A stretch of DNA of 64,000 nt, taken from positions 32,001 through 96,000 of IMG/VR virus record IMGVR_UViG_3300010430_000007; one strand, 5' to 3'. Made by a program: the position numbers and the translations under genes. Each line of letters begins with the position of its first letter. Position 1 is the first letter of the stretch. Source of the DNA: a virus. The notes below the pieces were generated by a model. It saw only the letters and a program-made list of their open reading frames with translations, did not search any database and was not told the DNA's origin. This document shows, in pieces, positions 1 through 11,428 of the stretch.

Positions 1-143
1 CCTGTTCTAAAATAACCTCACCATTCATTGTCGATTCAACACATTCCCAAGGTAAATATCTACCTTCTATTCCTTTTAAATATTGTTTAACACTCATACT
101 TTCTCCTCTCTACATATCAAATGAAACCGTTGTTTCATGTCTT

Positions 144-698
144 TTAAATCCCTTGACTATTTTCCAACATATGTTGCCTAAATTCATCTATCTTGTCTGC
201 AAATTCAAGAGCTTTACTTTCTTCAAGTTGAAACTTGTATCCTTTACCATTGTAATCATGCCAAATAAAGAAATCATAATAACTCTCATATTCTTTCTCG
301 TCACCCTCGTACCAGTTGGATATTGATTCAAAAGATTCTCTAGTGAACTTTTTAATCATCCAACAAGTTCCATTTCCGCTTGGACGACATCTTTCTACAA
401 CATCTTCTGCTAATGAGTCCATGTTTCTAATATGGTGTGCCACCACATCAATACAACTGCATTCGTCGAATGTTTCTCTATACATGGTTTCGCAATATTC
501 TTTTTCACCACATTCTTTATCTTCTTTATGTAATTTTAAAATAGAAAATGCAAAATAAGTCTTATATACTTCATTCCAATTTTTTGGTGACCCATTATCA
601 AAACCATGCACGCTTGAATTCTTAGGATAGAATCTAAAAGTTAGTCTATCATCTTTAAAGTCTCTCATTACAAAATCTATTTTTCTTTTCTTTTTCAT
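144..698 (-). CDS. Hypothetical protein, 184 aa
   Basis: ORF with GGAGG RBS; no recognised motif. Confidence 0.8.
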   Translation of the reverse strand: MKKKRKIDFVMRDFKDDRLTFRFYPKNSSVHGFDNGSPKNWNEVYKTYFAFSILKLHKEDKECGEKEYCETMYRETFDECSCIDVVAHHIRNMDSLAEDVVERCRPSGNGTCWMIKKFTRESFESISNWYEGDEKEYESYYDFFIWHDYNGKGYKFQLEESKALEFADKIDEFRQHMLENSQGI

Positions 699-741
699 GT
701 TTCCTCCTTTAACTTACGATGAAACGCTCATTTTATCACTT

Positions 742-1554
742 CTATATCTTCAATTCATATCTATTAGATTTATCAATTTCAAATTCGTATGGATAAATTT
801 CTTGTAAATATGGTTTACTTTTTAGTTCGATTATCCTTTTGCAAAACTCAACCTCATCAGAAAATAGTTCGGTTTCGCTTCTGTCTTTAAATAATAATAT
901 ATTTGCAGTGCCTCCGACTGCGTAGACATTATAATCTATTCCGTATAATTTCATTTAATACCCTCCTAATTAACTTCAACGATATTTCCTTCTGGTAAAA
1001 GTTCTCCACCAGTTTCCAGCGCATAATCAAGCTGTTTGCTTAAAACTGTATTCCATCTAACCTGACCTAAAAACAGAGCTAATATACTTTCAACTTCTTC
1101 ATAGGTCACCACACCAGTCTGTAATTTTGATTTAATAGCCATTACTTGCTCTGTTACTTTCAATTCATAATCACTCATTTTACCTCCCTTATGAAATTCA
1201 GATTTTATCTGTTTATTCTTTCTCTAAATTATACTCAATCAATTTAACTCCATATTGCAAGTTTCTCTTACCAAACTTTACTTCTAAATAATTCAAATCA
1301 CTTGAATTCTTGCAATAGTTCATCATTTTTGACACAAGTTCTTCGTAGGTTCTGTACTTTCCATTCATATGATAATGTCTGTGCAACATTGTTAGTACTG
1401 TATGGATTAGCCTCTCTTCATAATATTCATAAGACCCATATATATTGTTTCCGTTCATTCTATATGCTGTCATCTGTATATCTCTAACTACTTCATATAC
1501 ATTTGAACCAGAGGCTTCACATATTGGAAATAGTCTTGTAACATATTTATCCAT
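742..1554 (-). other. Three small hypothetical ORFs (742-954, 966-1178, 1213-1554)
   Basis: Tandem co-oriented ORFs, each with an RBS. Confidence 0.75.
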
Positions 1555-1556
1555 AA

Positions 1557-1847
1557 TTACTCCTCCTTAATCAAATCTCTAATATCCTTACTTAAATCCC
1601 TAACCGCTTTAGTGCTTCCTTCCAGCTCTCTCAGCTCTGTATTGATTAATTTTAAAGAGTCGCTGAAAATATTTCCAATTTCAGACATTTCATTTCCAGC
1701 TTCGCCGAGTCTGGCTACACTGATTTTAATGTTAATGCTTAGATTATTTAATTGTTTAACCTGCTTCTCGATTAGCTTCAGTTTATCAAATGATGACGTA
1801 CTACCTTCAAATAATTGTATACTAATATTGTTTAATTCATTCTTCAT
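1557..1847 (-). CDS. Small protein resembling the MCP (chemoreceptor) signalling hairpin tip
   Basis: QLNNLSINIKISVARLGEAG resembles the MCP consensus QTNLLALNAAIEAARAGE(A/H)G; coiled-coil flanks. Confidence 0.55.
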   Translation of the reverse strand: MKNELNNISIQLFEGSTSSFDKLKLIEKQVKQLNNLSINIKISVARLGEAGNEMSEIGNIFSDSLKLINTELRELEGSTKAVRDLSKDIRDLIKEE

Positions 1848-1869
1848 TTAACTCCCTCCCTTTGAATAC

Positions 1870-1898
1870 ATCATATCATAACAAAAGCACAAAGTCAA
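1870..1898 (-). promoter_or_regulatory. sigmaA-type promoter
   Basis: Minus strand TTGACT-N17-TATGAT upstream of RBS. Confidence 0.75.
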
Positions 1899-1917
1899 TA
1901 CCTTGTGCTAAAGTTTT

Positions 1918-2244
1918 TTATTTAATTAATCTTAATTTATTTGTATTACAGTATAAAACAAAGTCGTCTGCATGCATTTTCTTTTGTAAATCTTCGAAGG
2001 TGTAATATAATATTTCATTAACTTCAGCTTCAATCATCTCTACAGATAAGCTTCCTAAACTTCTTATGATTGTGTCTCCTATATTGTATGGAAAACGTTC
2101 ATTTCTTGTATGAAATTTCATTCTTGCTTCTTGTTCATCTTCGGCAAAAATCCACTCATTCCAAAAATAATCATAATCATTCTTTTTAGACAATAAAAAC
2201 TTTGTCTTTCCACTCACTTTATAATACGCTTCATATACTTTCAT
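1918..2244 (-). CDS. Hypothetical protein, 108 aa
   Basis: ORF with RBS. Confidence 0.75.
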   Translation of the reverse strand: MKVYEAYYKVSGKTKFLLSKKNDYDYFWNEWIFAEDEQEARMKFHTRNERFPYNIGDTIIRSLGSLSVEMIEAEVNEILYYTFEDLQKKMHADDFVLYCNTNKLRLIK

Positions 2245-2295
2245 AATATAACCTCCTATTATTTAAAACTCGATAAAACAATCTTTTCATGCAGT

Positions 2296-3477
2296 TTATG
2301 CTTTGAAATTATAAATTGGCTTAATAATCTCAATAATTTCTACTGTGTCCCGAACATTGTCAATTATCTCTTGCATAGGCTTGTAAGCCATTGGAGATTC
2401 ATCTATTGTAGATTCATTGACTGAAGTCGAATAAACATCCTTCATTGATTTCTCAAATTCTTCTAGATTGACTAGCTCTTTTGCTTGACCTCTGCTCATA
2501 ATTCTACCTGCTCCATGCGGTGCTGACATATTCCAATCAACATTTCCTTTCCCTAAAGCAATAATACATCCATCTCTCATATTCATGGGAATAATAACCT
2601 TTTCTCCTAGTTTAGCTGAAATAGCACCTTTTCTTAACACCATCTCACCTGTATTAATATAATTATGGATTGTCTCGAATTGGTCTACAATATTCAAATC
2701 GAATTTTCGAATAATTCTCTCAGCCATCTTCTTTCTATTTAAACTTGCGTACTCTTGAACAATTTTCATATCATGAATATAATCTTTAAAGTTATCTCCT
2801 TCAACATATGATAACGCCTTCTTAACTTTTGGAACGTCTCGTTTGATAACACTGATTGCATATTCAATTTCTTTACTTCTATTCTTAGACTTTAAAAATT
2901 CAATTGTTTCTTTAATCTTTTCTTTTTGGTAATTCGAACTCTGGAATGCTTTCTCTTGATAATGGTCGGCAACTTGCTTTCCTAAATATCTACTTCCACT
3001 ATGGATGACCAAATATTTATCTCCATTCTCAGCGATATCGATTTCTATAAAGTGATTCCCTCCACCTAGACTACCAATTGATTTCTTTGCTCTACTTAGA
3101 TTAATACTTTTAAAACATCTTAAGTTATATAGTTTTTCAAATTCGTCTTCTCTTGTGTTAACATCTTGCCCATAGGGAATATTTTTTCTAATATAATTAT
3201 CTAAATCTTCTAAGTTTAAATCCACTTGTCCTAGATTCACAACGTACATCCCACAACCAATATCAACTCCCACTAAATTTGGAACAACTTTATCTTCAAT
3301 ATTCATAGTAGTGCCAATAACACATCCTGCTCCAGCATGGAAGTCTGGCATGATTTTAATATTCAAGTCTTTAGTCCACTCTTCATTTAACAACTCAATT
3401 ATTTGAGAGCTCGCCTTGTCGTTATAACTATTTGAAAAAACAGTAGCCTCTCCATATTTCCCTCTTAATTCATACAT
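2296..3477 (-). CDS. rtcB: RtcB family RNA ligase
   Basis: MPDFHAGAGCVIG, VGVDIGCGM, GSLGGGNHFIE, VIHSGSR, HNYI, SAPHGAGR, DESPMAYK motifs. Confidence 0.96.
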   Translation of the reverse strand: MYELRGKYGEATVFSNSYNDKASSQIIELLNEEWTKDLNIKIMPDFHAGAGCVIGTTMNIEDKVVPNLVGVDIGCGMYVVNLGQVDLNLEDLDNYIRKNIPYGQDVNTREDEFEKLYNLRCFKSINLSRAKKSIGSLGGGNHFIEIDIAENGDKYLVIHSGSRYLGKQVADHYQEKAFQSSNYQKEKIKETIEFLKSKNRSKEIEYAISVIKRDVPKVKKALSYVEGDNFKDYIHDMKIVQEYASLNRKKMAERIIRKFDLNIVDQFETIHNYINTGEMVLRKGAISAKLGEKVIIPMNMRDGCIIALGKGNVDWNMSAPHGAGRIMSRGQAKELVNLEEFEKSMKDVYSTSVNESTIDESPMAYKPMQEIIDNVRDTVEIIEIIKPIYNFKA

Positions 3478-3500
3478 ATTTAAATCCTCCTTATATATTC

Positions 3501-3528
3501 ATTATACACTAATCAGAATAAAAGTCAA
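3501..3528 (-). promoter_or_regulatory. sigmaA-type promoter for rtcB
   Basis: TTGACT-N16-TATAAT on minus strand. Confidence 0.7.
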
Positions 3529-3577
3529 GCATTATTTTATACTTGACTTAAATATTTTTGTTTTTGTTACTATGTTT

Positions 3578-4132
3578 CTAAAACATATTTCTGGCAATTC
3601 CATCTCCAGCTTCAAACATCTCTTTGAATTTGTCGCTATTTCTAAATTGTTCTTGATTTATATTGTCTAGCGTTGCCAACTCTTCCTTTGATTTTTCAAT
3701 GCCTAATTCTTCACATAAAATTGCATATACTTCCATATTCGGAGCATATCCATGTTGTTTAAACAACTTTTTAGAATCGCATTTGTTAAAGTATTCTTCT
3801 AATGCAAACGCAACGGCTGAAGACCTACTGATTCCAGCATGACAGTGAACAATTAATCCACATTCGAAGTCTGTGATTAAGTCTACAAAAGTTTTAATTT
3901 TATATGCTATTTCTTTAGTGAAAAATTTTAAATTTCGTTTGTTTATATAATCTTCTGGAATATTGTCTGTAGTTTCAATATCACTAAATACTAGCCTCTT
4001 TGTAGCTATTGACGTTTGAAACAATGGCTTTATTTCATCGAAATCAGTTATTGATACACATGCCCATTCTTTTTCGTGGCTGTATGAAAAGAAGTCTTCT
4101 GCATTATCCTTACTCATTATTCTTATATCCAT
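3578..4132 (-). CDS. Protein-tyrosine/dual-specificity phosphatase-like protein
   Basis: Catalytic CX5R loop VHCHAGISRSSAVA; C-terminal PNMEVY. Confidence 0.88.
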   Translation of the reverse strand: MDIRIMSKDNAEDFFSYSHEKEWACVSITDFDEIKPLFQTSIATKRLVFSDIETTDNIPEDYINKRNLKFFTKEIAYKIKTFVDLITDFECGLIVHCHAGISRSSAVAFALEEYFNKCDSKKLFKQHGYAPNMEVYAILCEELGIEKSKEELATLDNINQEQFRNSDKFKEMFEAGDGIARNMF

Positions 4133-4170
4133 ATTTTCTCCTATCCAAATGAAAGCTTGATTTCATCGGT

Positions 4171-7100
4171 TTACTTTTTATCTTGGATATAAACATCTTT
4201 TGCTCTTATTCCAAATCTATATGGGTTAATATAAAAAGAGTATTTTATATTACTAAAGAAGTGTTTTGTAAATCCAATTATCGTGTAAACCCACACTATT
4301 GGATTGTATATATTTTCTAAAACTCTTATATCATAAACTTCATCATAGTTCTCATAGATACTATCAACCAAATCCTCATTTTCCAATTTCTGAACTTCTA
4401 TGTTTACAATTTTAAGGTTGTTTAATCTTCTTAACCAATCTTTATTAGACAAATAACTTTTCTTTATATTATTCATATTTTCCTCCTATTCTACATTTTT
4501 AATAATCTAGTAATTTCAATACTTACGGCGATTACAAAACCTCATGAAATTTCGATTTCAAATGGTTTATAAAAAATCAATAATTGATTCCCAAATTTCT
4601 TCCGCTACTTCTTTTTTAGTTACATCATAATCATCCAAATAATTTTTAAAATCTGGCAGTCTGTTGATGAGTCTATCTACGACAATATCACATAGATTTT
4701 CATCATCGGTTCCGACTATTTCAAAATTAAACATGCTTTGTGGTAAAATTTTACCATATAATTCTCTAGACGTAATTCTAACATTTCCTCTCTTGTCTAT
4801 AATTCCTTGACTTCCTGCCGGAAGAACTACCTTATCTTCTCCCAACATTGATACTAATTCTACATCTTTGTCAAATGTTATTGTCTGGCACACTTTTACT
4901 TTTAATTTTTCTTCCATATTTATCTCTCCTTTTTATATAAGTCCTTGAAATGACGGTTTTATTTACTTTAATAGTCCATATATCTATATTCACCTGATGC
5001 AACCTCATAATCAATGTCTTTTGTTTTTAAAATATCACACATAATTTTGGTCAAACCAGTCATACTTCTAAACTCTGGTATTTCATAATATCCATGACAA
5101 CCATTATAAAAATCTCCACTATTTCCCTCCATAATAGAAACTCCATTAAGTGTTAGCATATGCATATCACAAGAGTTGTCATGCAGTTTTTTAATCAAAT
5201 TAACACTCCATTCGGGTATCTTTTTAGTTTTTGTTTCTGATAGTTTAATTTCAATATAATTCATATACAACCTCCTCTTGTTCTAAATGAAATTGCTGTT
5301 TCATGGTCTGTCAAAATATCCATCTACATCAAAATATTCACTGCCTTGCCACATTACCGTATATAGTCCAGCACCACACTTTAGTCTCACTCCTTGTATT
5401 CCATTTGATAACACTTGAATTGATTCAACTTTATAAGCGAACCCTTTCTTAAACACTTTACAGACATCATTCAATTGAAAGTTTTTTATACATAGTACCT
5501 TTTTCATCTAAGCCCTCCCGAATATAACATTCTCCAATAAATCCTGCAACCCTCTCACATCATGCTCATCAAAATTTACATTGATATCGCTCTTAACTCT
5601 TTTAATTTCTTCAATTAATCCTTGTCTAATATTTAAACTCATATTTTATCTCCTATAATTAAATTCTAGTCCATCTAACAGCGTGGTCGTTGCCTTACGC
5701 AATCACTGTCGCCCATATAGGTCTCAGGGTTACTGGTTTATGGACTGCCTACTGGAAACCCTTTTTCGGCTAATATTATCTATAAATATCTATAGTAGTC
5801 CAACTCTCTCCATATTGACCATTGTAATATCTTTGTTTAATTTTATAACTTGACAGCCAAATTAGTTCATAATTAATTCTTTTGGGAATCCAAGCAAACT
5901 TCTTGACTTCTCTGATAGTACCGTCTTTAATTTTCTTATATTTTTTAATTCTCATATTATCACCTCAATTACATGTTAACACACTTATTATTATTTGTCA
6001 ACTATAAATTTCTGAATAAATTGTGCATTTCATCGTCTTATTGATTTTTTATTCCATAAAATATATTTTGGATTCCTGTCTTCATAATTTGCAATTATCC
6101 ACTCAAGAATATCGTAGTTTCCTCTACTATAGTCAGATGCAAGAACACCTGTTTTCTCTAGGTATTTCTTTTGTTTTCTAGCTAGCCTAGTTAAATTTCT
6201 AACCGTGGGTTTTCTATATTTTCTTCTTCTCATATTATCTCCTTTCCAAATGAAATACATCTTTCATCGTTTCTTACAATCAACCCATATATAACCATTT
6301 TGAGAATCTACTTTTGTCACAATGTAATCATCGAAATCTCCGTACGGTATATTTTTTCCAATCATATCTTTCCAAGCTTTTAATGCAACTTCCTCTGGTA
6401 TAAAATCTCCATTTCTCTGAAGTCCAATCGGAACAGAAAAACAAATTGAATCTGAGTTTGGTATGGCTAAATCTACCCCTATTACATATTCATTGTTATT
6501 TGAAATCATATTACTCCTCCATCACAGTCGAAATGCATTTATCAAATCCATCGCTATTATAAAACTCATCAATTTTATCGTCTAATTCTCTTACCTGCTG
6601 TTTTAATTCTGATTGTTTCTTAATACTGTCCGTCTTATTATGTTTTTCCCATAAATCTTTTCTGTTGTTCTTTAACGAAAAATATCTATCACTCAAATCA
6701 ACAATATCTACAATCTCAACTTCAATTTTTTCTTGACAAAATGGACAGTAATCAATTTTGCTATACAGGTAATCTATGTCTGTATCACTCTCATAATAAT
6801 CATAATCAACAGTTGTTTCTACGAGTTTTACAGAATATCCAACTTTGCCCAATAACTCGCAGCATGCTTTATTCAAATCAACGGAATCATGATTTAATAT
6901 GCTGTCACAACATTTTTCAAATCCTACTACTTTATACGATTTCTCTCCATCAAACCTAATTTCCTGTGCTTGTATTTTCATATTTTATACTCCTTAATCT
7001 TCAAATGAAAGTCTTATTTCATGTTGACTTATAATTCTCTTAATTGCCTTTCTATTTCTAACTTTTGATTTTCCAATTTCTTTCTGCACTCTTCTTTTAT

Positions 7101-10100
7101 TGATTTTTCAAGTTCTAAGTTGTCCATCTTCCATTTGTCCATCAATTGTTTTGAGCGTTCGATTTGATTTGTGTCTGAGAATCTTGAAAAATAGAACGTG
7201 TCGTTGTTTCTAATTCTTTTGATAATTATGCTTGGAATATAGACTTCACAATGGTCTTCAACCATTTTAAATTCCATCTCATAAAGACATCCATTGTCTG
7301 TCTCGTCGTAGTAGTCGTAAAACTCCATATATTCATACCCATCACTATTTAAAAGCTGACTTTCTTTTGCAAATCTAATATAAATACGAAACATGTCTGT
7401 CTCATATATATTACATTCTTCATCTTCATGGCGTGAGTCTATTCCTAAGTCTATCTCAAACCTTTCACCAAGTTCAATCATTTCATCTTTTATCTCTGAT
7501 TTAACGTCGTCAAAACACACTTTCATTTGAGCCATATGCATTGATGTTTGTGTAGTGTTATTTCCGTTCGGTATAAAGCACTTGTCTAACATTTTTAAAA
7601 ACTTACTCATAATTCGCCTCCTAATCTAATTTAGATGAAAGAACAATTTCATCATATTCCGAATAATCTATATGCTCTTTCTTCTCCCAAAGACGTATGG
7701 CTATCTTCAATTTTAGCATTTAAAATCCTATCATCACTATCAAAACACTCCTTACAGCAAGTTTGGCCTCCATATGGATGACCTTGTATCCTATGGTAAG
7801 TATTTTTACGCTTGCAAAATGAGCATGTAACCATATTTGTCAACTTTTTAATTTTTACCAACTTCATATTGTACCTCCTAATCAGTCCCTAAATAATATT
7901 GACTCCATCTTCTCTGTAGTTCACAACCTTCAATCTCTCTAAATTCACCATCATTACTTGCAAATGCAATTATGTTGTAGTCTGCTTTATAAACAGTTCC
8001 ACCTTCTACGTTCTGAACTTTGTCGTTTTCAAATTCTTTTAGAAAATCCATATAATCTCTACTCATGATTATCTCCTCTCATTTTTATACCACTCAGTTA
8101 ATTTCTCCAACTCATTCTCGTTTACAGAATCACCTTCTCTGACTTTGTTCTGTAGCTTCAATAATACTACTGTATATTCTAATACATTACCATCCAACTC
8201 TAGACACCTCCATTTTAATGTCGCTGTGTCCATTGTGCCTCATCTCAGTAGCATATTTAACTTCACTATATGTTAAACCTGCTTCGCTTTGATAATGTTC
8301 GTCTGGGTGGAAATAAATATATCCACTAGCAAACAGTACCAATAATATAATTCCTATAATAACTGCTTTCATATTAATCATCTTCAAACCCCTCCTGTTT
8401 AATTCTATTTACTTCTTCTGGTTCTATGCCTAGAAAACCTGCAACATATACTTCTGGATATTCGTCTATAGTTTTGTCGTTATAATCTCTCCATTTAAAC
8501 CATTTTTCTTTAAGTGTTAATTCGTTAAATGGCTTCTTTTTCTTTTTAAATAAATTCATATCAACTCCTCCTTTTGATAATATAAGTATATATCATTGAA
8601 ATGGGTTTGTCAATAGGTAAATGAAAATTAATATAAGAAAAAAAGATAGAAATTAATCTACCTTTATCTTAATAGTTTTCTAATGTCAATTATTCTAAGT
8701 GGATATAAGAATAAATGAAATAAGAACCATAAAAATATTTCAATAAATGTAGCACTATGAGCATACATAAACATTGCCCAATACAATGCAACTAATAATC
8801 CTATTCCTAAATAAATACACAACCCAATCATAAACACACCTCCTTTTAACAACTAGTTAAAATATGAATTTTATTTGATTGCTATTCAGCTCTTACTAGT
8901 ATTGTATTCATACTCTTAAATTCCACTTCAATTATACCATATTCTTGGTCATCAAACTTATTTCCACAATCGTAACAAGAATATCTCGGATACACTCTTT
9001 TTCTCCTCTTTCCGTTAATTGGTTGTCTGTCTATCCATTCTTCTCTAATACTCTTAGATTTAAATATTGTTGTTCCACTACATTTTGGACACTTCATAAG
9101 TCCTCCTTTATTCAAAATAAAATTGTAATTTCATGTTGTTATTCATCGTCTTTATCTTTATCCTTTTCTCTCAATCCAAACATTACAAACATAACAGATA
9201 AAATAACATAAGTCCAAAATCCATTAATTGTGAAATCATTAAATATTGATTCACAAATCCATAATCTCATTGGTGTGATAAGTAATGCCAAAGGAAGTCC
9301 AATTGCGACTACAATACACCCTAGACATCCTGCCGTTTCGCCCTCTCCATTTTTTACAGCACTCTTCATAGAATTTGTCAATCCTTTAATAAATAAGCTT
9401 AAAATGGAGCTAATAACAGTCATTAATAGTGTTGATAAAATTAATGTTTGTTCGCTCCCTACTTGAATTTGATTTGGAAAATAAATATCCCCAAAATAAA
9501 ACGTTAATGCAATGACTATAAATCCAATAATTCTCTTCATAATTCTCCTCCTTTTAATTTGCCATGAAATAGATGTTTCATTTACTTTATAACTTGTTTT
9601 ACACATTCCCATAATGCGTCACACAAACAACTAGAGTCCTCTCTCCATAGTAATTGTCTATTTGTCAAATAAATGTCGTTCTTATCATCATTTTCTACAT
9701 ACTCAATTACAATCCAGTTGTTTGCTTTCTTACTTCTCTTTATATCATAAGTATGAATAGATTCATCTAGAATTTCCATCATTTTGCCAATATTAATATC
9801 TTGGGGTTTCATCATAAATGTGCTTTTCCCAACTAATTCAGAAAGTAATCTAAATCTTCTAGATGTTCTAACAACCGTTTCATATGGTCTTCCTTCTGGA
9901 CTGTAGTCGTCTTCTCTTTCTAGCTCTTTCAACTGCTCTTTTGTAATGTGTTGCTTCATAAGTCTCTCCTTTCTAAATCTAAATAAAATCGCCATTTCAT
10001 CACTATTTAAAAAAAATCTTCTTTCGTTTTTTTAATGGCACTCATAAATAAACAATAACATTCTTCGCATAAATCAACCTCGTCATCAATTACATTTACC

Positions 10101-10781
10101 TCTCTTTTTTCGTAGTAAGAAATTTCCTCTTTGCATTTTCTACACTTAAACATTTTTCTATCTGCCCAATCCATTATTCTTCCTCCTTATATCCTAATTT
10201 ACGTCTCAAATACCTAACTTCTGCCTTTAGAACCATATTTTCAACTCCCATTTTCGCTATGTTGGAAAATATATAATATAAGTATCCAATTAAAATCAAA
10301 CCAATTAAAATATAAACCCCAACTTCAGATACATCAGCCATAATCCCAACCTCCTATTCTACATGAAATTTAACTTTCATCTATTTTACAGCTTCTCAAT
10401 TATTTTAAACATTGCGTAAGACGTACATGGGATTGCGATTATTAGCTCAATTGTGTATATTTGAAAAATATCGCCATCCAGTATAAACTTCACCAACATT
10501 AAAATCATTAATATCAATAACACAACCAAGATAAACAATAATATCATAGTCATAATATCACCCTCCTTAACTCCACATGAAAGATTCATTTCATGGTGTT
10601 ATACCTTATTAATGGTTTCGCAAACTGGACACCATAACACACTCTCAACATCTCTCCAATCTGTATGGACATCTTTACTTGTATATTGAACAACAGACTT
10701 GCAATACCAACACTTACATATCTTACCTAATTTTCTTTTGCCGTATCCTTTTCCGTATTTGATTACTTTCACATCTCTCAT
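4171..10781 (-). other. Run of about 20 small hypothetical ORFs (incl. 4171-4476, 4567-4917, 4968-5270, 5301-5507, 6264-6509, 6511-6981, 7029-7610, 7652-7867, 7878-8066, 8187-8387, 8374-8559, 8882-9097, 9582-9959, 10599-10781)
   Basis: Co-oriented ORFs with GGAGG/GGAG RBS; several carry CxxC pairs or a TM segment. Confidence 0.75.
9139..9540 (-). CDS. Multi-pass membrane protein
   Basis: Four hydrophobic segments; RBS AGGAGGAG precedes ATG at 9540 (MKRIIG), not the ORF-track start. Confidence 0.7.
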   Translation of the reverse strand: MKRIIGFIVIALTFYFGDIYFPNQIQVGSEQTLILSTLLMTVISSILSLFIKGLTNSMKSAVKNGEGETAGCLGCIVVAIGLPLALLITPMRLWICESIFNDFTINGFWTYVILSVMFVMFGLREKDKDKDDE

Positions 10782-10795
10782 CTCCTCTCAATACC

Positions 10796-10823
10796 ATTAT
10801 ATCAAATCAATTCCATTTGTCAA
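10796..10823 (-). promoter_or_regulatory. sigmaA-type promoter
   Basis: TTGACA-N16-TATAAT with TG extension. Confidence 0.7.
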
Positions 10824-10861
10824 GTGTTTTATGTAAATTAATTCAAGAAAAGACCGATTAT

Positions 10862-11416
10862 TTATCGGTCTAGTTTGTTATTTTCGCCATAATACTTCTT
10901 TCTCATTTCTTTTGCATATTCACCAGCTTCCTCTAGCTTATCTAAAGGAAATTTCTTTAAGATAGTATTTTTACCGTTCACTTGAAGCTGAACTTTCCAC
11001 CATTTTCCACCCTTGGACACATTTCTGTATCCCGACTTGTTGTTTGAATTTTTGCCATTTCTATTCATTGCGTTTTTGCTTCTGCTTTTAGGCTCTAAAT
11101 TAAATTTTCTATTATCTAAAGTATTGTGGTCTTTGTGGTCTACGTGAACTTCTCTGCTTTTGGCACCAATTATTAGCCTGTGCATGTACATTGTACTTTT
11201 TCTGTAGGTTCCATCATTATTGTAAATTTTATATATGCATTTTGCATAATAAGATTTTGTGTCAAAATTCCACCCAGCACACCATTTGCTTTGGAAGCTT
11301 AACACTTTATCGAAATCATCATTGTCAATATAGCACTCAAAACAACTTCCATCTTTTCTATCCAAATATATAATTGTATATTCGTCTAGTTTTTTAAATC
11401 TATTTTTGTATTCTAT
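10862..11416 (-). CDS. HNH homing endonuclease with C-terminal AP2 DNA-binding domain
   Basis: MHRLIIG, HVDHKDHNTLDNRKFNL (HNH), NNKSGYRNVS...KWKVQL (AP2); frame stays open upstream to an ATA codon 7 nt after AAGGAGG. Confidence 0.88.
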   Translation of the reverse strand: MEYKNRFKKLDEYTIIYLDRKDGSCFECYIDNDDFDKVLSFQSKWCAGWNFDTKSYYAKCIYKIYNNDGTYRKSTMYMHRLIIGAKSREVHVDHKDHNTLDNRKFNLEPKSRSKNAMNRNGKNSNNKSGYRNVSKGGKWWKVQLQVNGKNTILKKFPLDKLEEAGEYAKEMRKKYYGENNKLDR

Positions 11417-11428
11417 TATTACTCCTCC

